A stretch of DNA of 59,265 nt from Malacoraja senta. Lineage: Eukaryota. The notes below the pieces were generated by a model that saw only the letters and a program-made list of their open reading frames with translations, did not search any database and was not told the DNA's origin. Of the stretch, positions 1-13,150 are shown one piece after another. The stretch spans positions 1 to 59,265 of the forward strand of contig JAXLNO010000048.1 in assembly GCA_038087875.1 (NCBI GenBank), given 5' to 3'. Position numbers and translations under genes: made by a program. Every line of letters starts with the position of its first letter. Position 1 is the stretch's first letter.

Positions 1-69
1 ACAACAGGATTATTTGGCATTAATCACAGTAGAATGGGCATGGGAAATTAGGAGATCAGTTCACGTATC

Positions 70-2672
70 CACAAAATGTATTTTTTTAATTTTTTTTAAA
101 ATTATTTTTATTAGAAGCAATTGTACAAAGATAAAACATTCGGCATCTAAAATTATACAATTATTGTACAGCTTCATTTTTACCCTTATAACCTGAAAAT
201 GAAAGAAAAGAAGAGAGAGAGAACAAGAGAGGGAAAAAGTGAGAAGTGAAAAGATAGCTCGAAAAAACACATAGAAAAGACCCCTAGACTACCAAAGTAG
301 TGTAGCCGAAAAGTAAGTAGAGATAAAAGAAAGAAAAAAGAAAAAAGGAAAGTGGAGATATACCTGCCCCCCCCCCCCCCCCCACCCACCCACCTCACCC
401 AACCCAGAATCGGATTTAAATTTAAATTTGTGTTGCACCATACTATCCTTGTAAGAATTCGGTGAAGGGTGTCCATGTCTTGAAAAATTGATCTGGTTTT
501 CTGCCAAGACAAGCCTAATATTTTCCAAATGTAGTGTCTCGGACATGTTTGTAATCCACATCTTCACTGTCGGGACTGATGTGTGTTTCCAAAATGTAAG
601 TATTCGTTTTTTCGCCGTTATCAGGCCATAGTTAAGGAAACATCTTTGAAATAATGTTAGCTCAGAACAGGCTTCTGACGTGCTAGTGTGATCAATTCTA
701 TGTCGGGGTCCAATTTTATTTTACGTATTTTAGAAAAAATATCAAAAATTCCCCTCCAGAAGTTGTGAAACTTTATACAGGAGGCAAAAGAATGGGTTAT
801 CTATGCTTCCTTAAGGAGACATTTATCACAAATAGGGTAGACATTTGGGAAGATCTTATTCAGTTTAGACTTTGAGTAATAAAGTCTATGCAGTATTTTA
901 AATTGTATTAGCGAGTGCCTAACATTAAGAGAACAGTTGTGTATATATAGAAGGCTTTCCTCCCAATTCCTCCAATTTAAAACTATCTTTTAAAATTGTT
1001 AGGCCCAGTTCATCTTCCCAAGCTTGCCTAATTGTTTCCGACGATGGAGTTTGTAAATTTAAAAGGGTATTATAAAGGTACGATATTAACTTATTTGAAT
1101 CAGACTTTCTATTCATGCATTCATCTAGTATGTCTGGAACCATATATTGACAGTCTTGTGTGTGTGATTTCACATAGTCTCGTATTTGAAGGTATCTAAA
1201 GTATTGGCTACCTTTCGAATGATATTTCGACTGTAATTCTTGAAATGAGAGGAGAGTCCCCATCTCATAAAGGTCTCCCAGCTTTTTAATTCCTAAGCTT
1301 TCCCATTGTATAAATGCCATATCTAAAGTAGACGGTTTAAACGAGGGATTATTGGTGATTGGTAAGAGAAGAGATAAATTTATCAATTTAAGGGTTGATT
1401 TCACCTGTTTCCAGATTCATAAGGTGCTATGGATTATCGGATTTTTCTCATATGCTGATTTCTTCAGATTTATTGGAGAGAGAAGAATCGTGCCTATATT
1501 AAAAGGCAAACAATCTTCCCTCTCCATTATTAGCCAGTTTACCTGTTGGCATGTATCGTCCATCCAAAAGATTAAATTTTTAATATTCGTTGCCCAGTAA
1601 TAGTAAAAAAAATTAGGGAGAGCCAGTCTGCCGATTTCTTTAGGTTTACAAAAATGTCGTTTATGAATTCTGTGAGTTTTGTAATCCCAAGTAAAGTTTG
1701 TGATCACAGAATCGAGTTTTTTTAAAAACATTTTTAGGGAGAAAAATCGGTATTGATTGAAATAGGTACAGGATTTGTGGAAGGAAGATCATCTTTATGG
1801 CATTTATTCTACATTTAAGGGAGATCGGAAGCGTTTTCCAAAATTGAATAAGGGCATTTAGTTTGGTAATTAATGGTGGAAAATTTGCTTGGAATAAAGA
1901 AGGGTATTTTCTAGTCACGTAAACTCCAAGATATTTAACATTTTCCGTAGCAATTCTAAAGGGAAATTTTAGGTGTGTCGGGTCTTGAGGTTTTATTGAT
2001 ATAATTTCACTTTTGTTCCAGTTTATTCTATACCCTGAAAAGGAACCAAATTCTTCTGTAAGATTTAGTATGTTTGGGATACTAAATTGGGAATTGGTAA
2101 TATATAATAGTACGTCGTCTGCATACAGCGATATCTTATTATTAGAATATTTAGTATTAAAGCCATGAATGTTCGGATGTATTCTTATACTTTCAGCTAA
2201 GGGTTCGATCGCAAGGGCAAATAACAGAGGTGATAATGCACACCCTTGTCTATTGCCCCTGGATAATTAAAATTTAGGTGAGAGTGTTTGATTAGTCAGT
2301 ATTCTGGCAGTCGGCTTGTTATATAACAGCTTTATTCATGAAATAAAACTTTCTCCTAGTTGAAATTTTTGCAATACTGTAAAAAGATATTTCCATTCTA
2401 CTTGGTCAAATGCCTTTTCTGCATCTAATGAAATGATTGATAAGTCTTCTTTTATCGTCCTATGTGAGTACATTATATTAAACAGGCGTCTCAAGTTGTT
2501 GAACGAGTGTCTCTTGGGTATAAACCCAGTTTGATCAGGGTGTATTAATTTACTAACGTATTTACTTAGTCTTCTTGCCAGGGTTTTAGCTAATATTTTC
2601 TGGTCTGTATTTAGCAGAGCTATTGCTCTATATGATCCTGGCTCATTGAGATCTTTATCTTTTTTCGGTATC
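70..2672 (-). mobile_element. 5'-truncated L1-clade LINE (degenerate ORF2 RT and C-terminal region, 3' UTR, A-rich tail)
   Basis: Minus strand reads YRAIALLNTDQKILAK, SLDAEKAFDQV, GNRQGCALSPLLF and ISLYADDVL. ORF fragments 925-1918 resemble the fish L1 ORF2 C-terminus. T-rich tail on + at ~75-110. Frameshifts present. Confidence 0.9.
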
Positions 2673-3742
2673 AGTGTAATAGTTCACAAAATGTATTTGT
2701 TGAAAAGCTAGAGAAGATGCTCACTGCTTTTGTTTTTAAAGTTATTTCACTAAAGTGAGTATGACTGCCATAATTAATATTTTCAGATTCTTTGCTGCTT
2801 TGACACTTGGTGAACAGGGTAGTTTGTAAATCATTTAAAAGGGAATTTAGGCATAGCCATAGTGTTATGGGGTTTTTCACATTGAATGGTTACTAGAACA
2901 ATCCCATGGTCAACTTTGATTATATCAGATAAGTACAGTTGTATTTTTTAAGTTGCATTCAAAATTGAAACTTGTTAAATAAGTATCTATATTAATTTCT
3001 GGATTAAATATGGCTTTCCTTGGAAATGGTTAATAGGAAATATACATTATTGGCACTTGCCAGGATATATAAATAGATAGATTTGAACATATGTCATGTT
3101 GTGCATAAAAAGAGAAGCTAGTTCCATTTAACTTTCTTTAGAACACCCTGAGTTCAGTTCCTTCAGGTTTTTTAATATATTTTCTTGTATATTTGTACAT
3201 CTCTTTTATTAACAGACGTTGACTGGATTTGTTAAAACAATTTTTTTAATTAAATCTAACTTTAGATTTTAAAAGGCACCTCACAGAATCACTATCAAAA
3301 ACACTTCAATACCAAACGTGATAAGATTGGTCATATAAAGCTTGGGCATAAAAGTAGGGTTGAAGAACATAAGGAAGGAAAGAAAGGTGAGAAGTAGAAA
3401 ATTTAAGAGAAATAATTTCAGAGCTTAAACCCATGGCAGCTGAAATCATGCAAAGATGAGAATCAAGGACATGCAAGATAGGATAATTACAGGAATGCAG
3501 ATATCACGAAAGCTAATGGAACTAGAAGAGGTTATAAACAAAAGGAATAGGGAAGCCTTGGAGGGGATTAAAACATGGTCGACAAGGTTAGAATTATGGC
3601 TGAACCAAAGACAATGTAATTCAGCAAATTTATGAGCTGTGCGCGAAAAGGGCTTTGTGCAAATTAGGACAAGTACAGCCAAGTTTTTTTGATCAACATA
3701 TTTAAACAAGGGTAAGATGCTGATCAGGGGGAGCATTTGCAG

Positions 3743-3838
3743 ACAGACACAAAAGGCTGGAGTAACTCAGTGAGAAAGGCAACATCTTTGGAGAGAAGGA
3801 ATGGGTGATGTTTCGGGTCGAGACCCTTCTTCAGACTG
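3743..3838 (-). mobile_element. Penelope terminal-repeat fragment with hammerhead-like core
   Basis: Minus strand CTGAAGA-A-GGGTCTCGACCC-GAAACATC; homologous to the terminal repeat at 48373-48556. Confidence 0.75.
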
Positions 3839-4596
3839 AACTTCAGACTGAGCATTTGTTGTCAGGTCAAGAGGTAACAGAGGCGCAGATGAGGGCTTCA
3901 GTGGATTAACTGAAGCAGGATCAGAGATAAGCAATATTATACAGGTGGATGGTGTTAGGGAGGTGGAATATGTTGTGAGCAACCAGGTTCAGTACTAAAC
4001 AAAACCCAAGGAGAGGAATGGTCAGTGGCAAGGGAATTGATATTCTAATTTCAAACTAGCAAATTTTTCGAAAATTGCTGACATTTCATGACATATAAAA
4101 ACTTATATATTAATGATACATAAATAAGAGTGCAAAGGCAACATTGTAGATTCCAATTTTAATTAAGCAATTTAAATTAATCTTTAATGTTAAAACTAGA
4201 AATACTCAGCAGGTAACACAGAGAAGGTCAGGCAGGTGAAGAGAGAAAGAGTTAACGTGTCTTGTCAATGATGTTACATCTGAACGAGGAAAAATTCGGT
4301 CAAAGATGTTTAAGTTACAGGAAAGGAGTGAAAAAAAAAGAGACCAAAGTGAGAAGACAGACAGGAGACCAACTGAGACTAAGTGACACAGATGGTGTCA
4401 GTACCAGCTTTGTGGGGAGGTGAAAAGCTGTACATTTCAGCTGATCTGTCTGAAGGAAATGGAAATGGAAGGAGCTGAGTGAGGATAAAGAGAGTGGAAA
4501 AAGTACAAGAATGGTGAGATATGAACATAATTGCGGGAACAACAGAAGATAACCAAAAGAACAACAGAAGATAACCAAAAAGACAATACGGGGAGA

Positions 4597-6482
4597 AAAG
4601 ATGAGGTAAGCTAGCCAAGAATATAAAGCAGGATAGTAAAAGCTTCTTTAGGTATGTGAAGAGGAAAAAATTAGTTAAGATCAAAGTTGGACTCTTGAAG
4701 ACCGAAAAAGGTGAATTTATTATGGGGAACAAGGAAATGGCAGATGAGTTGAACAGGTACTTTGGATCTGTCTTCACCAAGGAGGACACAAACAATCTTC
4801 CTGATATAGTAGTGGCCAGAGGATCTGGGGTGACACAGGAACTGAAGGAAATCCACATTAGGCAGGAAATGGTGTTGGATAGACTGATGGGACTGAAGGC
4901 TGATAAATCCCCAGGGCCTGATGGTCTGCATCCCAGGGTACTTAAGGAAGTGGCTCTAGAAATCGTGGATGCATTGGTGATAATTTTCCAATGTTCTATA
5001 GACTCAGGATCAGTTCCTGTGGATCGGAGGGTAGCTAATGTTATCCCACTTTTTAAGAAAGGCGGGATAGCGAAAACGGGGAATTATAGATGTTAGCCTG
5101 ACATCGGTGGTGGGGAAGATGCTGGAGTCAATTATAAAAGATGAGATAGCTGCACATTTGGATAGCAGTAACAGGATTGGTCCGAGTCAGCATGGATTTA
5201 CAAAGGGGAAATCATGCTTGACTAATCTTCTGGAATTTTTTGAAGATGTAACTAGGAAAATGGACAAGGGAGAGCCAGTGGATGTAGTGTACCTGGACTT
5301 TCTGAAAGCATTTGATGAGGTCCCACATAGGAGATTAGTGGGCAAAATTAAGGCACATGATATTGGGGGTAGAGTGCTGACATGGATAGAGAAGTGGTTG
5401 GCAGACAGGAAACAAAGAGTAGGGATTAACGGGTCCCTTTCAGATTGGCAGGCAGTGACTAGTGGGGTACCGCAAGGCTCGGTGCTGGGACCGCAGCTAT
5501 TTACAATATACATCAATGATTTGGATGAAGCGATTCAAAGTAACATTAGCAAATTTGCAGATGACACAAAGCTGGGTGGCATTGTGAACTGTGAGGAGGA
5601 TGCTATCAGAATGCAGGGTGACTTGGACAGGTTGGGGGAGTGAGCAGATGCATGACAGATGAAGTTTAATGCGGATAAATGTGAGGTTATCCACTTTGGT
5701 AGCAAAAACAGTAAGGCAGATTACTATCTAAATGGCGTCAAGTTGGGAAAAGGGGAAGTACAATGGGATCTGGGGGTCCTTGTACATCAGTCTATGAAAG
5801 TAAGCATGCAGGTACAGAAGGCAGTGAAGTATGCGAATGGCATGTTGGCCTTTATAACAAGAGGAATCGAATATAGGAGCAAAGAGGTCCTTCTGCAGTT
5901 GTACAGAGCCCTAATGAGACCACACCTGGAGTATTGTGTGCAGTTTTGGTCCCCTAATTTGAGGAAGGACATTCTTGCTATTGAGGGAGTGCAGCGTAGG
6001 TTTACAAGGTTAATTCCCAGGATGGCGGGACTGTCATATGCTGAGAGAATGGAGCAGCTGGGCTTGTACACTCTGGAGTTTAGAAGGATGACAGGGGATT
6101 TCATTGAAACATATAAGATTGTTAAGGGCTTGGACACAATAGAGGCAGGAAACATGTTCCCGATGTTGGGGGAGTCTACAACCAGGGGCCACAGTTTAAG
6201 AATAAGGAGTAAGCCATTTAGAACGGAGACGAGGAAACACCTTTTCTCACAGAGAGTGGTGAGTCTGTGGAATTCTCAGCCTCAGAGGGTGGTGGAGGCA
6301 GGTTCTCTGGATGTTTTCAAGAGAGAGCTAGATAGGGCTCTTAAAAATAACGGAGTCAGGGGATATGGGGAGAAGGCAGGAATGGGGTACTGATTGGGGA
6401 TGATCAGCCATGATCACATTGAATGGCGGTGCTGGCTCGAAGGGCCAAATGGCCTACTCCTGCACCTATTGTCTATTGTCTA
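4597..6482 (+). mobile_element. 5'-truncated CR1 LINE
   Basis: KSPGPDGLHPRVLKE, VYLDFLKAFDEV, SGVPQGSVLGP, SKFADDTKL and RPHLEYCVQFWSP; ends in a (CTATTGT)n tail. Confidence 0.95.
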
Positions 6483-6555
6483 CAAATCTGAAATCAAAGA
6501 AAATGCTAAAAATATTCAGCAGTTCAGCCATAATGCAGAAATGTTAGAAATTGAT

Positions 6556-6915
6556 TACCTTTCATTAGAATTGACAGATTGGGCTGTGTTCACACTTCTC
6601 TGCAATTTCTTGTGGTCTTGGGCAGAGCAGTTGCCATATCGAGCTGTGATGCAAACTGATAGGATGCTTTCTGCGGTGTGTCTGTAGAAATTGGTAAGAA
6701 TCATTGGAGACATGCCAAAAGTTCCTTGGTCTTCAGAGGAAGTAATGGTGTTATGTTGGCTGTAGCATTGATGTGGTTGGACCAGGTCAAATTTCTGTTG
6801 ACATAGGAACTTCATGTTCTTGTCATCTCCATCTCAACTTCAGCACTAATGATGTAGGCTGGGCCATGTGTTCCACCCCTCTTCTTGAAGTCAATTACCA
6901 GCTTTTTCATTTTGC
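6556..6915 (-). mobile_element. Degenerate Rex/Babar-type LINE fragment
   Basis: KMKKLVIDFKKRGG and LTNFYRHTAESILSVCITARYGNCS parallel the element at 7997-9160. Confidence 0.75.
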
Positions 6916-7206
6916 TAGAGGTCGTTGTCTTGCCTGCTCCTGGCCAACTTGTGGAAGAATCTTTGGTTCTCATGTTGAACTCATTAGCCTCCTCTGAACA
7001 TACAAAATTGAAGTAGAAGCAAATAGTCCTCAATCCTAAACATCTTCCTCAGATGAAGAAGAATTATTTTGGTAAAAGGCAGATCAAGAATTTGTTAGAC
7101 AAGTCTGGCTGCAGCCCCATATCAATCCCCAAATGCAGCCGAATAAATTACTACCTATTTCATTGATACTAAACTAGAAGGCAACTGTGGAGAGCTTAAT
7201 CCCACA
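6728..7206. repeat. Donor of a ~480-bp local duplication (copy at 10744-11230)
   Basis: Near-identical sequence, including non-TE DNA; both copies yield the same 73-aa ORF (6812-7033 and 10836-11057). Confidence 0.95.
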
Positions 7207-7220
7207 CATGTAAATACCTT

Positions 7221-7255
7221 TGGAGGCGTGGGTTCGAATCCCACTTCTGACAACA
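7221..7255 (+). pseudogene. 3' fragment of tRNA-Leu (CAA-type)
   Basis: TGGAGGCGTGGGTTCGAATCCCACTTCTGACA matches, from memory, the variable arm, T-arm and acceptor 3' strand of vertebrate tRNA-Leu(CAA), followed by ACA. Flanked by 35-bp direct repeats. Confidence 0.85.
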
Positions 7256-7996
7256 TGTAGAGAGCTTAATCCCACACATGTAAATACCTTACTCACACAG
7301 GTTGAAGCACAAGCATCTTTATTGTTCAGGTCCACATCATCTAAGCAGTACATCACACGTTCTCACTACTGCTACTACTGGCAGGCAGTGGGCGAGTTCT
7401 TACACTATAAATGTTATAATTAGGCGGAGTTATAATTACTAAGCATTCTAATTGGCTAACAAGCAGTAGCCAATCTACAGCAACAAAATAATTAAGAAGT
7501 GTAAGGAATAATAAAAAAAAACAAGATACCATGTTGCTATGATAATCTGAATGTGGGGACATATCTGTGAGTGAGAAAGCATGGCAAGCGGGTGAGCTGA
7601 GGGGCCGTGAGTGAAAGAAAGTGATACAGAGTTGAAGGAATATGGGGACAGACAATGAGAGTCAGGAGAGCCATAGCAAGAATCAGAGAAAGGAAAGTAC
7701 ATCGGGTGTGCCAGGTGCATGGTTCTAGATGGTTTATACAATTTTTATCTTCAGGCCATAATATTCTAAAGCACCAAATATAAGGAAACACAAGAAATTC
7801 ATGAAGACTTTACAGATATATTACATGAATATGTACCTGCGTTGCTTGTAACTCATCGACTGGACACTGAAAGAATGAAAGCTTTTATGTCAATGACAAT
7901 GAGTTGAGTCGCTTGAATGACCACACTTAATGTTTGTATTTTGCCATGGTGAAAGAATTGAAGAGCCTTCATATTCTATTTATCTATTTATCCTTG

Positions 7997-9160
7997 GCTG
8001 GTCAGCAGCTGGTGGAGAAGTTGGAGCTATTGGGGGTTGATGCTGGCACATGTAACTGGGTCCTGAACTTTCTATCGCAACGGCAGCAGACAGTCAGGGT
8101 GGGCAGTAGGACATCAAAAACCATAGCCGTGAGCACTGGCTCGCCCCAAGGCTGTGTCCTAAGCCCCCTGCTGTTTAGTCTGCTAACACACGACTATACT
8201 GCTAAAACTCAACAACAACTTCATCAACAAGTTCGCTGATGACACAACAGTGGTGGGTCTCATCAGTGACAATGATGAGTCGGCGTACAGGATGGAGGTG
8301 GAGCTGCTCACAGGATGGTGCAAATCCCACAACCTCATTCTCAACGTGGGAAAAACTAAGGAGATGGTGGTTGACTTCAGAAGGGCGGGAAAACAACACC
8401 ATACACCTCTGCACATCAATGGAGCTGATGTGGAAAGGGTCAACAGCGTGAAGTTCCTAGGACTCCACCTGTCAGATGACCTGACGTCCACGACCAACAC
8501 CACAGCACTGGTCAAGAGAGCCCAGCAGCGACTACACCCTCTCCGAAGACTACGTAAAGCAGGTCTCCCCACTACACACCTACGAACTTTTTATAGGCGG
8601 ACAATCGAGAGCACATTAACCCACGGTATCACTTCCTGGTTCGGGAGCTGCAAGGCGTACGAACGGCACCAACTAGACAGGATTGTGAAGACTGCCAGCA
8701 GGATTATTGGTGCTCCACTCCCTTTCCTGCTGGACATATACAGGAATAGATGTATCAGCAGAGCCATCTCCATCATCTAAGACCCCTACCACCCATCGCA
8801 TCACATATTCTCCATCCTGCCATCTGGGGAGAGGTACCGGAGCATTAGGTGCAAAACCAGCAGGATGCTCCTCAGCTTCTTCCCGCAGGTTATAAGACTG
8901 ATAAACGGACTTTGTCCCCTGCCAAAGTATTGTGCACCAACCACCAACCTGGACACACTGCAGCAGAGCCACTGTTGTGCCGCTGCCGATCGGAACGCCT
9001 GTTGATGTTTAGTAGAGTAGAGTGTTAATTTGTTCATCATATATGTATTTTTACTTCTATTTATTTTTTACTGCACACTGAAATGGACACTGGTTGAGGA
9101 ACGTTTTTTTGTTTCCTCTGGGTATGCAAATACTCAGGAAATGACAATAAAGATATACAA
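7997..9160 (+). mobile_element. 5'-truncated Rex/Babar-type LINE
   Basis: STGSPQGCVLSPLLFSL, KFADDTTVVGLI and LNVGKTKEMVVDFRR; AATAAA near the 3' end. Confidence 0.9.
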
Positions 9161-10660
9161 TAAGGGGAGGAGCAGGTAGTGAAGAGAAAGCAAGGACTCT
9201 GTAGGACTTGGACAGGTTGGGAGAGTGGGCAGAGAAGTGACAGATGGAATACAGCATAGAAAAGTGTGGAATCATGCATTTTGGTAGTAGTAATAAAGGT
9301 GTAGCCTATTTTCTAAATGGGGAGAGAATCCAGAATTCAGAGGTGCAAAAGGACTTGGGGGTGCTGGTGTAGGATTCCCAAAAAGTTAATTTGCAAGTCA
9401 AATTGGTAGTAAGGAAGGCAAACGCATTGCTAGCATTTATTTCAAGAGGACTAGAATACAAAAACAGGTATAGATACATAGAAAATAGGTGCAGGAGTAG
9501 GCCATTCGGCCCTTCGAGCCTGCACCGCCATTCAATACGATCATGGCTGATCATCCAACTCAGTATCCCGTACCTGCCTTCTCTCCATACCCCCTGATCC
9601 CTTTAGCCACAAGGGCCACATCTAATTCCCTCTTAAATATAGCCAATGAACTGGCCTCAACTACCCTCTGTGGCAGAGAGTTCCAGAGATTCACCACTCT
9701 CTGTGTGAAAAAGTTTTTCCTCATCTCGGTCTTAAAGGATTTCCCCCTTATCCTTAAGCTGTGACCCCTTGTCCTGGACTTCCCCAACATCGGGAACAAT
9801 CTTCCTGCATCTAGCCTGTCCAACCCCATAAGAATTTTGTACGTTTCTATAAGATCCCCTCTCAATCTCCTAAATTCTAGCGAGTATAAGCCAAGTCTAT
9901 CCAGTCTTTCTTCATATGAAAGTCCTGACATCCCAGGAATCAGTCTGGTGAACCTTCTCTGCACTCCCTCTATGGCTATAATGTCCTTCCTCAGATTTGG
10001 AGACCAAAACTGTACGCAATACTCCAGGTGTGGTCTCACCAAGACCCTGTACAACTGCAGTAGAACCTCCCTGCTCCTATATTCAAATCCTCTTGCTATG
10101 AAGGCCAACATGTAATGCTGAGGCTCCAGAAAGCGCTGGTCATTTGAAGTATTGTGAGCAATTCTGGGCCCCATATCTGAGGAAGGATGTGCTAACGCTG
10201 GAGATGGTCCAGAGGAGGTTTACGAGAATGATTCCAGGAATGAGTGGATTAACATATGATGAGCGTTTCACGACACTGGGCCTAAACTCGCTGGATGGAG
10301 TTTAGAAGGATGAGGAGTAACTCATTGAAACTTACAGAATAGTGAAAGGCCTAGATAGAGTAGATGTGGAGAGGATGTTTCCACTAGTGGGAGAGTCTAG
10401 GACCAGAGGTCATATCCTCAGAATTAAAGGACATTCTTTTAGGAAGGAGATGATGAGGAATTTCTGTAGTCAGAGGGTGGTGAATCTGTGGAATTCATTG
10501 TCACAGAAGGCTGTGGAGATAGATAGATTCTTGATTAATATTGGCATCAGGGTTTATGGGGAGAAGGCAAGAGAATGGGGTTAAGAAGGAAAAATAGATG
10601 TCATGATTGAATGGCGGAGTAGACTTGATTGGCCGAATGGCCTTATTCTGCTCCTATCAC
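9161..10660 (+). mobile_element. CR1 LINE 3' part, split by a nested antisense CR1
   Basis: RKANALLAFISRGLEYKNR (9391-9468) resumes at ~10111 and continues to MKGLDRVDVERMFPLVGESRTRGH and the CR1 3' tail. Confidence 0.85.
9470..10110 (-). mobile_element. Nested CR1 LINE 3' fragment
   Basis: ORF 9560-10174 contains MLAFIARGFEYRS...RPHLEYCVQFWSP...GYGEKAGTGY, plus the CR1 tail. Confidence 0.92.
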
Positions 10661-10743
10661 TGATGGACTATGTGTAACCACAGATCCTGACCATTTTCAA
10701 ATTCCCCCCCCTCCACCCCCCCCCCCCCTTTACTTCCTCTGAA

Positions 10744-11230
10744 GGTCTTCAGAGGAAGTAAAGGTGTCGGTGTGCTATGTTGGCTGTAGCATTGATGTGG
10801 TTGGACCAGGTCAAATTTCTGTTGACATAGGAACTTCATGTTCTTGTCATCTCCATCTCCACTTCAGCACTGATGATGTAGGCTGGGCCATGTGTTCCAC
10901 CCCTCTTCTTGAAGTCAATTACCAGCTTCTTCATTTTGCTAGAGGTCGTTGTCTTGCCTGCTCCTGGCCAACTTGTGGAAGAATCTTTGGTTCTCATGTT
11001 GAACTCATTAGCCTCCTCTGAACATACAAAATTGAAGTAGAAGCAAATAGTCCTCAATCCTAAACATCTTCCTCAGATGAAGAAGAATTATTTTGGTAAA
11101 AGGCAGATCAAGAATTTGTTAGACAAGTCTGGCTGCAGCCCCATATCAATCCCCAAATGCAGCCGAATAAATTACTACCTATTTCATTGATACTAAACTA
11201 GAAGGCAACTGTAGAGAGCTTAATCCCACA
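10744..11230. repeat. Templated copy of 6728-7206
   Basis: Direct sequence identity; flanked by C-rich ~32-bp direct repeats (10698-10728 and 11229-11261). Confidence 0.93.
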
Positions 11231-11582
11231 AATTCCCCCCCCTCCACCTCCCCCCCCCCCTCTCAAAAAACTCGCTCTTTTAATTTTGGAGTATTTGGAA
11301 TGTTGAAATTGACTAAAATTAACATCACTACTTAGCAGGCAGATAACTTTCAAATTAGAAGTCCAAAATATGTTATACAAGCAATTGGACATCTGATTTG
11401 TTTGTGTACTATTCAGTTAAATAGCACGTGTGATTATTGCAGATGAATTCCATTTACCTACACAATTTAAATAGATTGAAAGCTTTGACACCCTTGGTCT
11501 GGATAATTACTGTAAATAATGTAATCAGATTGTATTGATTTTGTTTCAGTATGGGACGTGCAACATTTTTAAGTTCCACAAT

Positions 11583-12040
11583 CATGGGCGGAAATCCTGG
11601 GGGTGACGGGGGGGACACGTCCCCTCCATGCTTTGAGAGGTGGGGACAATCCCCCCATGTTTTGTAATCCGGACTTTATCAGACGTTTTCTAAGGGCTGA
11701 ATCGGCCCGTTCGCAGGGCCTTTCAGCGCCCGCCGCAGCTTAAAATCAAACTGCTGCATCGAGACAATCGAGGATCCCGATGTTGAAGCTCCCGCCGGCC
11801 TATGAAAGGCCCCGCGAACGGGCCGATTGAAACCCCATGATTCGGGGTGGATGAAGCTGCTGGAGTTCAGAGTCGGTCACCAACCAGGTTAGCTCCCGAT
11901 GTTACCGTCCACAGGGCCCACGGCCGAAGCCTCGCGTGTGTGCGCATGCGAGCGTGTGCGTGTGTGTGTGTGCATGTATGTGCGCGCTCGGTCGCCAAGA
12001 TATTGTGTCCCCCATGTTTTGATAGCGATTTCCGTGCCAG
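11583..12040 (+). mobile_element. Non-autonomous hAT-like element, copy A
   Basis: Imperfect 14-bp TIRs CATGGGCGGAAATC / GATTTCCGTGCCAG; full-length inverted homology to 12675-13150. Confidence 0.75.
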
Positions 12041-12674
12041 CTATGCTGCCTAAATTGAAATTAACAGACTTGTGGAAAAACTGCAGTTTAGAATCCAATA
12101 AATCACCTATGTAGCATGTGTTTTGTGGAATCGTGAATTGTGGGTACTTTGTAGAAAAAAAAACTGGAGCAGGCATTAAATTCCGTGTACATTGAAGGTT
12201 ATCCAAAATTTGGTTGAAGAGAATTATTTAGAGATGGCTTTTATGAGGTGGAAGGATGTTCCAAACAGAAGGGTTTTGTGTAATAGAGTTATCGGCGTTT
12301 CTAAATAGATACACATATGATCTATGTAATTCATAGTTAAGAAAGTACCTGTAAGTTTCTCCACAATGCTGTATATAATATTATTCTTGTTGCTGCATCA
12401 CTCTTACAGAAAGGAGCAGATACCTTCAAATTAAAATAGTTGATAAAGAATCATTTTAATCAAATTAATCGGCATAACATATTTTGTTGCAATTAATATA
12501 GGCTGAGAAATACAGTACTAATTATGCTTTCTCATGAATTTTACAAAACTGAGTCTAATGCTTAATTTCCTATCTTTGTACAGCCAATGTTTCTATGCTT
12601 AGAACATGTTTGGTGTTATACATTTTGGTGTCATTCTATTCACTATAACTAGTTAATAAGCTGATAATTGTGGA

Positions 12675-13150
12675 CAGACACGGAAATCGTTATCAAAACA
12701 TGGGGGGACACAATTTCTTGGCGGCCGCGCACGTGCATGCGCACACACACACACACGCACGCGCGCGCATGTGTACACACGCGAGGCTTCGGCCGTGGGC
12801 CCTGTGGGCGTTAACATCAGAAGCTGACCTGGTTGGTGATCGACTCCGAAATCCAGCAACAGCAGCTTCGTCCGCCCCGAATCGTGGGGTTTCAATCGGC
12901 TGGTTCGCGGGGCCTTTCATAGGCCGGCGGTGGCTTCAACATCGGGAGTCTCGATTGCCTCGATCGCCTCGATGCAGCAGTTTGATTTTAAGCCACGCCG
13001 GGTGCTGAAAGGCCCTGCGAACGGGCCGATTCAACCCTTAGAAAGCGTCTGATAAAGTCCGGATTACAAAACATGAAGGGGGATTGTCCCCCATCTCTCA
13101 AAGCATGGAGGGGAAATGTCCCCACTGTCCCCCCAGGATTTCCACCCATA
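12675..13150 (-). mobile_element. Non-autonomous hAT-like element, copy B (inverted)
   Basis: Ends CAGACACGGAAATC / GATTTCCACCCATA; reverse complement of copy A. Confidence 0.75.
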
